A stretch of 64,000 nucleotides of DNA from Nemertoderma westbladi (Eukaryota; Animalia; Xenacoelomorpha), in assembly GCA_032718475.1 (NCBI GenBank), contig JAUCBJ010007473.1, positions 20,303-84,302 of the forward strand, given 5' to 3'. Below, in pieces: positions 12,539-24,585 of this stretch; position 1 is the stretch's first letter, and the number at the start of each line of letters is the position of its first letter. Below the pieces are notes generated by a model. That model saw nothing but the letters and a program-made list of their open reading frames with translations, had not been told where the DNA came from and searched no databases. The position numbers and the translations under genes were made by a program.

Positions 12539-13439
12539 TTATGTGTTTCGTTATCTTGTCTCTCGTGGTCGTAACTACTGTATGTATGAAATACATATAC
12601 TTTTCCGGAAATTTCCTTGAAAAATATATTTCAGGAAAACTCACATCACTATACAGTACAGTATATTAGACGTGGATTTAGAAATTTAAAGCCTTAATGT
12701 TCCTGTTTATATTTATATGAAAAAATGCAAAGAATCGAAAGTGAAAGAAATAAATTCCATAAGCTATATAAATATTCACGCTACCTGTAAATAAAAATTG
12801 GGAAAAATAAGTGGCAAAATTCAAAATTGCCTTGTTCGATTGGAGTTCGGTTCCGGTACGGCTCCTCTATAGTTCGGTCAATCCCTATACTGGTGGGATC
12901 TTGGTGGGGGCCCCTGTGGTGGGGGGTCTGGGGCCTTGCCCCCCCCCCCCCAAAAAAAAAAAATACGGCCCTGTTGGTTATCTACCCGTATGAAAAATTT
13001 AGTAAATTCCTTGGGGCCGTTATGAATTTGATCGCTCATCGCACTAAATTAATCAATCAACACAACTTCGTGTAATGCTCTGGTCTGATTTGTGTCAGTA
13101 AACAACCAATTAGGCCAACAGTAAGCAGTTTCTTTAATCTACTGTATATGTACTGTATAATGTATCATTTTAACCAATAATAGATATATAGTACTGTATA
13201 TTATGCACATTATGTTTTCACTCACTGTGTATTCATGTAGGCCTATTATTTTATTTTTCATGTAATACCTTTTTTAATTAGATTGCGATCCGCATCTGTT
13301 TCCTTCTTTCATTCGAATCTGACTTCGAGCCAGAGTTCGAGACAGCAGTCCTCAAGAAGACACAGTACCGATGACAAAGCAAAGAAATGGTGGAAAACTA
13401 CACCGCGATTTATGAAGGTCTGTAAAGTTACAGTATTCA

Positions 13440-13640
13440 ATCCATTTAATTACACCAACATACTGCAATGTATCTCGACTAATCCCTGCCCCACATTAGA
13501 CACACCAACTTCGGCTGGTGAGGTAACAGCAGCAATTAACTTACAGAAATCCCACATGGCGGCTGGGCCTCACGGTGTGACTAATGAAGCACTCAAATCA
13601 GGGTTTGGCTTGCTACTACCATACATACTGTCATTATTTA
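13440..13640 (+). pseudogene. Small LINE ORF2 fragment (pre-RT)
   Basis: EVTAAINLQKSHMAAGPHGVTNEALK resembles the KAPGPDG region. Confidence 0.55.
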
Positions 13641-13903
13641 GGTGCCATATCGTATCCGTATGCATTTGCCGCATCCGTATGCACTGCACATACGCGTAGA
13701 TAGATAGATAGATTTATTTATACATTATGTAATTGTATGTAATGCAATGCAAACTGCAATGATAAGAATTAGTATCTAGGGATTTTATAAGATTTCAATA
13801 CCGGGTATTACTGGTATACTGGTATAGCTAAATACTGACTGGCTGAATTGCTACTGCTGTACTGGCTGACTGGTCAAACACTGAATTTATATATCCTATA
13901 TTA

Positions 13904-15621
13904 CAGTAACGCTTTCAAATAACGTCCTATTGGATCCTAATAGGATCCTAATAGGAACCTAATAGGAAATAAATAACCTTTAGGAAATCACTTGGAATTT
14001 GCCTAATGTGAGTCTACCTAGTGCGGCTAAATATCAAAGCTTAGAAGTGTCTGTCAATCAACCTCCTGGGATTGCTGAAAGTAGTAAAGAGAGCCGCTTT
14101 GTCTAGTGGTTGAGTTGTATTTCCCTTATCCCCTGACCTATCTTACAACAACGATACTCCCCATAGGCTAATGTTAAATATGCAAAGTACACGTACTAGC
14201 TTTAACTCAACATCTGGACACATTAACTACCATACGGTAAAGGTAACGCCGCTTGTGCAAAATAGGCGTTGAGTAAGCCTCAACAAGTAGTTGGGCTGCT
14301 AAAGCGTAATCTGATTGTATTCGGACGTCAAACTTTTAATAATTTTATTTAAATTATTGTGCGAACTTTTTAGATCTGGCGATTTTACCATTTCCATGGT
14401 ATAATAAATATAATGAATATTAATAACAATATGCCAAGAGGTTAAGTTTGTTACAAACCGCCACTAAACTCTGTTCTGGTCTGTTAATTCCTGTAGGATG
14501 TTATGTCATTTATTTTTCGTAGTGGTAGCGATACGGATTGTGACATGTTGCGGAATCTGCTTAGAGAGTGTAATGTGCTTTGTGGGTGTTATGTTTAAAT
14601 ACGGAACTTGTGTGTTTCAGTAAAATATAGCATTCAATATTACAGTTTATCTATGTCGGGAAGGGAGGGGGGGGGGGGGGCAATGGTCCCTAGCCCTCAG
14701 CCCTCCTTCGGGACTAATCAATGACTTACTATTGGCCGAACGGATATTTAACTACACAATGAGATACGGCGAGTAAGGCAGTAAGTGGGCTGCTAATAAT
14801 TAATAGCCCATATGCATTTTTAAGACTATAATAAATATTTGAACACCCAATTATCTACCCCTGTACTCCCCTTACAGCAAACAGTGTTTATATAGTAATC
14901 AGAATGTCAATGTGTATAGGAAATGAAAATTTACCGTGGATAACATACATTTATTTAGTCGCCCAGTTTTAGCCCCTGTCTAATTATTATTAATTAAACT
15001 AATAAATGAAAATAAACTAATATTTATTCTATTAATAATTACACAAACATTGTGTTTTACTTTTTATTACTCCAAATATGTTCAATAGTAATAAATACAG
15101 TGTGTGATACAACATTTATTTGTAAGTTCAATACGATTTTAAATTATTCCAGAGCCCACCAGCCCACGGACGTTAACTATGTGCGGATGTGTGGATTTCA
15201 TCTATTAGAGTTTATATTTTAAATATTATTTACGTCAGAGGCTGGCAATACAAGGTACAACAGTAGGAGGAGTGTAATCTTCCATCGATATCCATACCTC
15301 AATGTAATGAACTGAACACTACGCAAAGTTTAGGCTGAGTCTACTCCATTCTATACAACTTAATGATTGACAGGATAGAGAAGAAGTAGACCAGCACAAG
15401 CATAGTCTGAGTCAGTCCACCTTCCAGACATCAAAGTAAGCGCCGATTTCCAAGTAAATTCCTAATGAAATCCAAGTCAAATCCTAAGTGCCTCCAAGTC
15501 TGGAATTTGGGCTAAATTTAATTTCCAATTAAATCCTAACTCCAATAGTAGTGAATCAGTGACTTGGATCCTAATAGGATCCTATTAGGAACCAATACGA
15601 CGTTATTTGAAAGCGGTACTG
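13904..15621. mobile_element. Non-autonomous Tc1/mariner/pogo-type element
   Basis: ~50-bp imperfect TIRs CAGTA(A/C)CGCTTTCAAATAACGTC..., TA on both sides; no transposase. Confidence 0.85.
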
Positions 15622-16009
15622 TAATTGGTTTTTACCATGGCGATAGTGGAGGATTTCACCAAACTCCAAGGTGATATGCTAGGAATAATCAGAGGCATCA
15701 AGCAAAAGAAATCAGTAAACCAGGAAGACGAGAAACGACTAATTGATAATCTATTCTCCATTAATTCAATCTTTACCACTCTACAAGGTAAGCTGAATGA
15801 GGCTCATGAGGATGCCCTTGTCTCAAAAACAGAGCTGCTCAAATTGAAGGAATCCCCTCGCCCTATACAAATCCAACAGCCTACACCGAACATCCACCCT
15901 GCCCGTGTACCCCAAATCCAATGCGGTCGCGATTCCGGCAGTCCACCCTATACCGCCGCTCTACTTAACAACGGCAGGACAACAAACAATACCACCACAA
16001 CGCAGACAT

Positions 16010-16340
16010 AGCGAACCACTAAGTCTTCAGGCTTCTATATTACTTTCAATCGATTCAGCGCTCAAGAAAACCTATAAAAATGCTTTGCAAATCAAAACTT
16101 TTGTGTATTTTCCGAATCTCGTATTTTTCAAAATTTGAAGTGCCACGCCCTAATTTTGGTGCACCAAAAATGGCGAACCACTAAGTCTTCAGGCTTCTAT
16201 ATTACTATCAATCGATTCAGCGTTCCAGAAAACCAATAAAAATGCTTCGAAATCAAAACTTTAGTAAATTTTCCTTTAGTAATTTTGAAATTTTAAAGTG
16301 CCACGCCCTAATTTTGGTGCTCCAAAAATGACGTACCACT
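16010..16340. repeat. ~162-bp tandem repeat, about two copies
   Basis: GCGAACCACTAAGTCTTCAGG...GTGCCACGCCCTAATTTTGGTGC repeated. Confidence 0.8.
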
Positions 16341-16644
16341 ACACTTACATTCTTGTATAGAGCATTACAGTGATCTAAACCAATAATTATAAATAAAAAT
16401 AGCCCAAACATAAATAATTACTAAATCACGAATGACTTTGTAAAATTTGAAAATTTCAAAAAATTTGGTGCTGGAGACCAAATTTTGAAGTGGCACCCAC
16501 ATCGAAAAGTAGAAATCCAATTGCAACGTCGTTTTTTGCAAAAGATGCGGCATTAAATTTGGCTAATTCTCAATAAAAATTGGGCCGGTACGTAATGTGG
16601 TTGCAAAGTTACAGCAACTAAAAACTAGGAAGGGGCCGATTCGA

Positions 16645-17003
16645 TTTTCCCCCTTGGTGTTGGGAATAATGGCAACAAAATTGAGAATAATACGCGGTCA
16701 ACTTCAACTGGTGGAAGTTGGGAATTCAACAGTAAAGTATTCACTTTACTGTTGAATTCCCAACTTCCACCTCATATATGTATGTATTATTCTCAATTTT
16801 GTCAAACCCTCTCCGTGCCTAACCAGCACCCACTACGAGGAAACTCTGGTATTTGATTTGAGTAGAACCTCATACAGACTCAGATACTGACAAGGTCCCA
16901 AATGTTAAAAACATGGCACGTCGGTAGGGCGCTCTCAAAGGCGGAGTCACTCGAGCCTATAACCGCATCGAGAAACAACTAAAGGGAGTCGAGACCCCCC
17001 TCA
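16645..17003 (+). repeat. Partial duplicate of the Pao leader/gag start at 20403-20839
   Basis: Near-identical sequence with an ~80-bp internal deletion; includes the 29-bp-arm palindrome. Confidence 0.9.
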
Positions 17004-17021
17004 GTTGGTCTTTTTATTAAC

Positions 17022-17716
17022 TCCAGAAAGACCAAAATTTTGACAGTTAACTTTGAAAGTTCTCAGCAAGTCTCTGATCGGATGAGCATAAGCTCAAAGG
17101 ATGGTATGCTTGAGCATGTGGACGACTTCTGTTACCTGGGATCATGGATCCGGAAGTCAGGTGCGGACCTTCGAATACGTAAGGGAAAGGCATGGGCAGC
17201 CTTGAATAGGGTTCCAGGATTTGGAAGTCACCGAGAATTAATCGGAAACTTAAGGTCCGATTATTTAGAGCAGTAGTAGTTCCAGTACTCCTCTATCGGA
17301 GTCCATGCTGGGCTCTAACTGCTGAGGACACCAAATCTCTGGATGGCACATTCACAAGAATGCTACGCCGGGTTCATTGTGTCAAGTACAATGCACACAT
17401 CTCCAACCAGACACTATATAACATTGGAGGTGTCTCATTGATTCCCCCAAGCTTGACACTAGAACAAAATCGCCTCCGCTTTGCAGGACATTGCTTTCGC
17501 CGTGAGGACCAGCCAGTGCATAATCTGGTACTTTGGCAGCCTCAAGGAGTGAATAAGCATGGTGGACAGCCCATGACTTTCTTGAGACGCATCTTAAAGG
17601 ACACTGGCCTTGAAGATGCGGATGATCTAGCAAATGTTATGGGTGATAGGGAGTTGTGGCGGCGCAATTTTGTCGACAAGCCGGCACAGCATTCTTAAAA
17701 ATGCAGCTGCAATGCT
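17022..17716 (+). mobile_element. RTE-clade LINE, 3' fragment
   Basis: VDDFCYLGSWI, RKGKAW, MLRR, RLRFAGHCFR, DRELWR; frameshifted. Confidence 0.85.
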
Positions 17717-18310
17717 TCTTGAACTGGGTTCCAGCCGAAAACAATCCATTTCCAGAGATAAAATCCTGAAGATGGACAGAATTTCGGTTAACACTATTGC
17801 TTTAGACCCAGGGCGATGTAGGTGATTGATGCAGACTTGCATTAAAGTCTCCCAGGAATGTTAAGAATGCATGCTGATCCACTCCATCAGTAGCTGCTTG
17901 TAGATTGTGGTAGAAATTTTCCACCTCCTCTACAGGGGCAACACTAGTTGGAGAGTAGCACACAATCAGAACCACCTTAGGAAACTTCTTAGCCAGTCTT
18001 CCAGAACATGAGAAGTGGCAATGGATGATGCGGTTAGAGATTTGGTCTATTTTGTCCAATGCTGCATGTGCAGTTGGATTCATCAATAGACCAATTCCAC
18101 CATTGCCACTATCATCTGCTGACGTGAGGGCGAGTCGCCAACCGCCCCCCATGTCCTTAATCAGAACGTCATCAGTCTGTCCAGTCTGCATTCGGTGCTC
18201 TTGAACACCCACTGCGCTAAGAGAAAGCTTATCTGCCAAGGCAGTCAGCTCACCTTGTCGCATTGGGGACCCGAGTGTTAGGGTTAGGAAGTCTGACATT
18301 AACAGATTGC
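17717..18310 (-). mobile_element. RTE-clade LINE AP-endonuclease fragment
   Basis: VGVQEHR, GGIGLL, ISNRI, CYSPT, FY..L, LGDFNA. Confidence 0.8.
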
Positions 18311-18320
18311 TCCGGTCTTT

Positions 18321-19070
18321 TTGCCTTTGTTTCTAGGCATGGAGTCTTTAAGGTTTGTGTTAAATTGTGAACTGTTTCAGATAACTCTAACGTTAGTTTT
18401 AAAGTTTTCCAATTCTGGGTCAACGTTTTTAGGAGGAGGCCTATTAAACTCGCCGATGGAGTCTTTAGAGTCTGTTCTCATGCTGAGATTCTGGCACGTG
18501 GGTCGACGTGGTTTAGGTGTCACATGTTGAGTTTGTGTCTTCTCCTCACTAATGGGCTCTGTATTTGCCTCATTTATTGCGCGTAGAGCCTCCACTAACT
18601 GTTCATTTGTTATCTTTAGCGGTCCTTTGTTGACATAATCTGAGGGCAGTACACCTCCAAACCCCTCCTGTGAGGGAGGGAAGGCCGGGCCCGCCTCTTC
18701 AGAAACCTGTCCCGATTGTTCAGTGTCATTATTCTTATCATTATCATTACTCGTCGATTTATCTATAAGAGATTTGTCTACGGGCTCTTCCCATTCCCTC
18801 TGCAAGGGCTCTGTTTGTTGTATTTTTGAGACTCTGTGGTTACTCAACTTTAACAGGTTTGTATTGAGGTCGGTCTAGGAAGCTTCTGGTGTCTATTAGA
18901 GGTATGTTCGGTATAGTGGGTTCTGGAACATCTTCTCCTTCACTCCTTTTAACTTCAACTTCCTCCATACGAATTCGATACTCTGTAGCGACTTGTGTAT
19001 CACGTAAAACTTGAGCATTATAGTCCAGTTCTCTTTCTTTATGTTCATGGTATTTCAATTTTTCATAATG
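18321..19070 (-). pseudogene. Decayed low-complexity ORF, possibly a Gag N-terminus
   Basis: Adjacent 72- and 156-aa ORFs rich in P/E/Q; no diagnostic motif. Confidence 0.35.
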
Positions 19071-19339
19071 CGAGTTAAATATTTTTTGGATTTATTTGTT
19101 ATGAATATTCCAATATCAGTACTGGGTGCGGGAATATAAAATTTGGGTATATTCAATAGACTGGGGGCGATTTATGGGCAATATTGGGGCGACTTACGGG
19201 GCACGGGACTCATATCAGATATTTAAGGGCCAAGGGTGGGAGGTAAAATCAAGCAGTACTTTAGGTGTCAGGGTTGCCTGATACTTATTTAGGCCTAGAC
19301 AACCTCCTTCTACTTCGGTAGTTGGTAACCCGCTAGGCC

Positions 19340-20070
19340 TGGGGACAAGGACTGCCCTTAGCGGTTCCTGGCCACCAGCAGTGATTACGAGCCTGAAAAG
19401 GATTCGGAAAGCTTGCTGATGCCAGGGATTTGCGACGGGAACTGACAGATCCTTAGCGGTCCCTGGTCACCGGCAGTGTTTACGAGTCTGAAAAGGATTT
19501 GGAAAGCTTGCTGACTGCGCCAGTGACTTGCGAAGGATCGACCGACTGGACGAAGGAAGGGTTCGACGAGGACTGAATTCCTGGCGTGGGGTTCCACGAC
19601 CGGCGTTAGTATGAGCCTGAAAAGGATTCGGAAAGCTCCGACAGTTGGGACTCACAACGGGCCGACAGACCCCTAGCCAAGCCGTACCGCTTTCCTGATG
19701 ACCGATCCCTTCGGGGTTCGGGAAGGGTGGGACAGACACGCAACAGGGTCGAAAGACAGAGGACCAGACTCTACTGGCCTACCGACTATTCAGAGCAGCT
19801 TCTCGGCCACCAACGCGACTACGAGCCTGAAAAGGATTCGGAAAGCTTAGGTGGTTGGGACCCTGCGATGAACCGACAGACCCCTAGCCAAGCCATACCG
19901 CTTTCCTAATGACCGATCCCTTCGGGGTTCGGGAAGGGTGGGACGGACACGCAACTGGGTCGACCGACCCAACAGACCCTTAGCCAAGCCGTACCGCTTT
20001 CCTGATGACCGATCCCTTCGGGGTTCGGGAAGGGTGAGACGGACATGCAACAGGGTCGACCGACACTGAC
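19340..20070 (+). other. Array of repeated structured-RNA-like modules
   Basis: Four GAAA-capped hairpins and three cUUCGg-capped hairpins with a GAUGA/GA internal loop. Confidence 0.6.
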
Positions 20071-20467
20071 ACTACGGTACAGGGACTAGAACTGAGGGAA
20101 AATGGGGATCATTAGTTAGGTTAAAATCTGAAAGCGAACAGTGGGTAATTAAATAATGTACTGTAGGAATTTATATATTTGTGTATTATTGTGAATATTT
20201 GGTATATTGGTGTGGGGAAGCCCAAATTATTCTCAATCAGAGTTCAATCAGAGTTTAAGTTACATTAAAGATTATATCCAACCAATGCAGTTTTTTCTCT
20301 ACTCGCAATTCTGCATCTCAGGTAATATCTCCTTCTCTACTCCCAATACCCGGTGACTGGCCAGAATCAAGTGGTCTGAAAATTCCACCACCAGCATCGG
20401 CGTTTTCCCCCTTGGTGTTGGGAATAATGGCAACAAATTTGAGAATAATACGTGGTCAACTTCAACT

Positions 20468-20529
20468 GGTGGAAGTTGGGAATTCAACAGTAAAGTATTC
20501 ACTTTACTGTTGAATTCCCAACTTCCACC
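20468..20529. repeat. Perfect inverted repeat, 29-bp arms, 4-nt loop
   Basis: GGTGGAAGTTGGGAATTCAACAGTAAAGT-ATTC-reverse complement; second copy at 16710-16771. Confidence 0.95.
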
Positions 20530-20666
20530 TCATATATGTATGTATTATTCTCAATTTTGTCAAACCCTCTCCGTGCCTAACCAGCACCCACTACGAGGAA
20601 ACTCTGGTATTTGATTTGAGACAAAGTCGTGGCTTAATAAACTTTTATAAACGAAGCGTTAGAATA

Positions 20667-23440
20667 ATGGAGGATAACGTCTACGACACTGATGGGGTAG
20701 AACCCCATACAGACTCAGATACTGACAAGGTCCCCAATTTTAAAAACATGGCACGTCGGTAGGGCGCTCTCAAAGGCGGAGTCACTCGAGTCTATAACCG
20801 CATCGAGAAACAACTAAAGGGAGTCGAGACCCCCCTCAGCGACATACAAACTCAGTTACAAAAAATTCTAAGTATCCTCCAACGATACGAACGAATGATA
20901 CAAGCATATCAGGAACTAATTCCCGCAACCGATCTGGAAAACTACCCCAGAATGGAGGAACATACTGCACATTTGGAAGAGTTCTGTAAACAACATCGGA
21001 GGACCCTCAGCCTCGTGAGAGGTTATGAGGAACAATACTACAAAAGGACCGAAAGGGCGGATGTGGAATCAGTGCGGACCTCCGGTACCAGGACATTGGT
21101 TCCAAGAAAAAGGATCGGGTCCTCGAGGCACCAGCACTCCAGTGCCAGAAGTGAGATATCCGGATCAGCACGTAGTTCCCAAGGGGGTCAACCACTCCGA
21201 GACCAGCTACGAGAACAGAGGGCACTGGCCCTTAAAGCCCGAATGGAGGATGAATATGTTCAATTACAGATCGAACAGGACGTACTAGCAGAGGAAAGAC
21301 ATAAACAGGAGGCCGAACTACAGGCCAAAAGACAAAAGCAAGTAGCCGAAATACAGGCCGAAAGATGTAAACAAGAGGCCGAACAACGTAAACAAGAGGC
21401 TGAACAACGTAAATGAGAGGCCGAACAACAGGCCGAACAATGTAAACAAGAGGCCGAAAGGAATAAACAAGAGGCCGAAAGACATAAACAAGAGGCCGAA
21501 CAACAGGCCGAAATACGTAAACGAGAGGTTGAACAACAGGCTGAAATACGTAAACAAGAGGCCGAAATGTGTAAACGAAATGCTGAGGCCCAAGCAATTC
21601 TTATTCACAAGAAGAATGCGGATATTGCTAAACTCGCAGACTATGAAGCCGCACTCATAGAACGGGACCTTCAACTGTACGAGGACTGGGAAAGGTGTAT
21701 AGTACAGGACTATGAACCAACCCCGGTTCCGGAATTAGAAAAGTCATTTACGCCACCAGCTGCGAAACCTCCGAAAACCGAGTTCCCACCGGTCATACGG
21801 TCCACACTATCGGCACAAGCACCAGTGTTCCATCCCCCACCGGTTACGCTCAAGAACGAGGAACCCTATTTCCCCTCCAACCCTACGGCACCGAGCGTTC
21901 CCCAGTACAAGCCTGAAAGGGACTCGGAACAGGATGCCACCCCTCGATCCAATAATCCATTCACGTCCAACCCGAAAACCCATAATTGCGTCATTATTAA
22001 AACTCCACCTCTTATCGATCCATCATGTATGGGAGAGAGCGTTAATAATTACGGCCTTCCTAGTCATTCCAGTTCGGACGATGTCGGCATCATCCGAGCC
22101 TTGGAGAACCGCCTAGCTATGCCCAAGATGGAAATCCGTACCTTCGAGGGCGACCCCGTCAACTACCTCAGATTTAAAAAACGGTTCTTTGCTCAGATCG
22201 GCTCAACAGACATAACCGACGCGCAAGAACTGGTATATTTGTCTCAGTATTTGGGTGACAAACCACGCCGTATAGTTCGGTGCTTCGAAGGAGGATCCCA
22301 TGAGGCTTACCACGATGCGTGGAAAACACTTGATAAGAGATACGGCAACGTTGGAACCATAATTAACAAGATGCTTGAAAAACTGATACAGGATGCTGGA
22401 TCCCTAGGAGACCCACAGAATATACAAGAGTTTTCGGACTCAATGAAGGACGCCTATTATACTTTGAAACCATTAAACTAAGAGGAACAAGTAAATAACA
22501 TCTTAAACCTCCGACAGATTGCCCGGAAATTTCCTGGATGGTTACAAAGTAAATGGGCATATAAATGTGTGGATCACAGACGCAGACACCTGGACCGGGA
22601 TCCTAGTTTCCTTGAAATGTCGGCATTCCTAGATGATATCTCCGAAGCCATGAATGACTCGATGTTCTCCAAGCAAAGTCTCTCCAAATTAGATGGAATA
22701 GAGAACAACTCTAGGAGCAGAGCACCCACTCCAAAACCGAGATTCCGCCCCCCTCCGGTGAGTACGATGGCCATCACCATGGCCGAGGATTCGGACGACG
22801 AGGATTATGAGGAACCGACATCGGCAGAGGAATGGGCGTGTTATCTGGCGAACTGGGCACCCGAGAGGGAAGGCACCAAAACCTCCCTTCTATGTCTCTT
22901 CTGTGGAGAGAAACACAAAGTGGAATTCTGCAGAAAATTCCAGTTCGCTGAATTAGTCCCACGCTTCGAGGCAATCATGAAACACCGAGGATGCTTCCAG
23001 TGTCTTGGTACAGGCCATTACGTGCGGGATTGTGAACAGAGGTCATGTTGCGCAGTCTGCAACGATCTACGACATCACACACTCCTCCACATTCCTGCAA
23101 ACTTTGACTTCACTACACTACCATTCCGAATTGAGTCCAAGTGAAGAGGGGAAACAAACAACGTCTCAAAGGGTCCCTGGACGATCCAGCGGAGAGAAAC
23201 AAACCCGTTCAAGACCACCGATGACGTATCACATGTAACCAGCATATCAGCTACGGTCAATCTGATAAACCGACGGTATATGGTTTTCGCCAAGGTAATA
23301 CCGGTAAGGATCCAAGGCGTCGGGAAATCCCTGACCACACTCGCGTTCCTGGATAATGGGTCAGATGGAACTATAATCGACAGGGATTTTCTGGGACAGC
23401 TGGGCCTAGAATACGAACCCTGCAAGCGACAAATAAAATA
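20667..23440 (+). pseudogene. BEL/Pao Gag-protease, truncated inside the protease
   Basis: TFEGDPVNY..F, L..RYG, three Zn knuckles, LAFLDNGSDGTII; one reading frame with four in-frame stops. Confidence 0.88.
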
Positions 23441-23747
23441 TACTAAATTGTACCGCAGAGAACATAGGATCGGCAGCATGCCGATCCTAGTAATAACTTT
23501 TAGTAACTAATCTCTTACACGATACTGCTGTACTGCACCATGCAAATATAACCTGTTATCTGTCAGTCTGTACCTACTGCTGTAAACTACTCCCTCACCG
23601 GGTACCGGTACCCCTAACCATACATTCCATAATCCAGTAATCTGCGGTCCATTCCATTATCTGTGGCAAATCACCCATACGCTGACCCTTTTACACGTGA
23701 GCCCCATTGTCCTCTTCTAAAACTAAACTCGAGACACCCCCACAATC

Positions 23748-24442
23748 ATGCCAACTCGCAATGAACACCAAGATATTTCCACACGAATGGATCGACTTGA
23801 GAAACTTTTGGCTGCTGTATCTTCCGACTTAAAAGCCATTACCACCCAATTAAACCCAACCGATGGGTCCCCCTCACTTATACAAACGATTAATATCCTA
23901 CGCGATGAAAACGGATACCTTAAAGAGAATCTCAATGCCGTTCGCGATTCCTCAACCAGTACATAAGACGACACAATGTCCTCCTTCACGGAATCCCGGA
24001 AGGAAATCCCAAATCCGACTGTGATTGTCTCTTGCAGATATTATCCTCTCTGTCCATTAATCCAAATTTACTCGATGTTTGTCATCGCCTAGGACGACCT
24101 AAATCAAAACCTCGACCTTTATTAATACGCTTCCTGGGACACGCAACACATTACACTATTCATTCATGGAAAGCCGAACTACCAAAAGGAATCTACCCGA
24201 GTGATCACCTCACAACTTATCGCGCTTCACTACTGCGTGAGTGTACATCGCTGAAGGCCAATAAGCAAATCTTTGCCGCGTATTCCTTTAACGGTGTGGT
24301 TTGCATCCGTATAAGGAAGAATTCAGATCCCATCCAAATCCACAAATTAGCCGATATTCCGTCGCGCCATGCTTTGTCCTCTAACGATACCCCCCCTGCC
24401 CGATACTCATATTGGGTCTGCCTCCATCAATCCGATCAGTAG
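23748..24442 (+). pseudogene. LINE ORF1-like protein (coiled coil + RRM-type)
   Basis: DVCHRLG..PRPLLIRF..GIY..DHLT..NG.V.I pattern; frameshifted. Confidence 0.7.
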
Positions 24443-24585
24443 CGGGGTACGTCTCCTCCGCAGCTCTGGAGCGAGTGAGGTCCCTCCTGTCGATCTGTAA
24501 CTAGGTTTAATTACACTATTACGTATGTCTTACAATCTGTATAACAATATATATATATATATATATATCAACTGATGATATATCA

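Larger units (their letters stand above)
8795..12973. mobile_element. Non-autonomous hAT-type TIR element carrying a satellite
   Basis: TIRs CAGGGCCGGATT / AATACGGCCCTG; perfect 8-bp TSD TTGGTTAT at 8787-8794 and 12974-12981. Confidence 0.9.

Noticed and set aside
9048-12651. Inner TAGTG...CACTA TIR element around the satellite
   Set aside because: Only patchy inverted similarity and no TSD
17022-18310. Twin-priming inversion of one RTE
   Set aside because: The fragments are convergent, not the divergent layout twin priming gives
19695-19727. Hammerhead (CTGATGA...GAA) or SECIS reading of the module
   Set aside because: GAAG instead of GAAA, no convincing stem I, and one copy has CTAATGA; no apical AA and the helix is too short for SECIS. 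A k-turn fits better.
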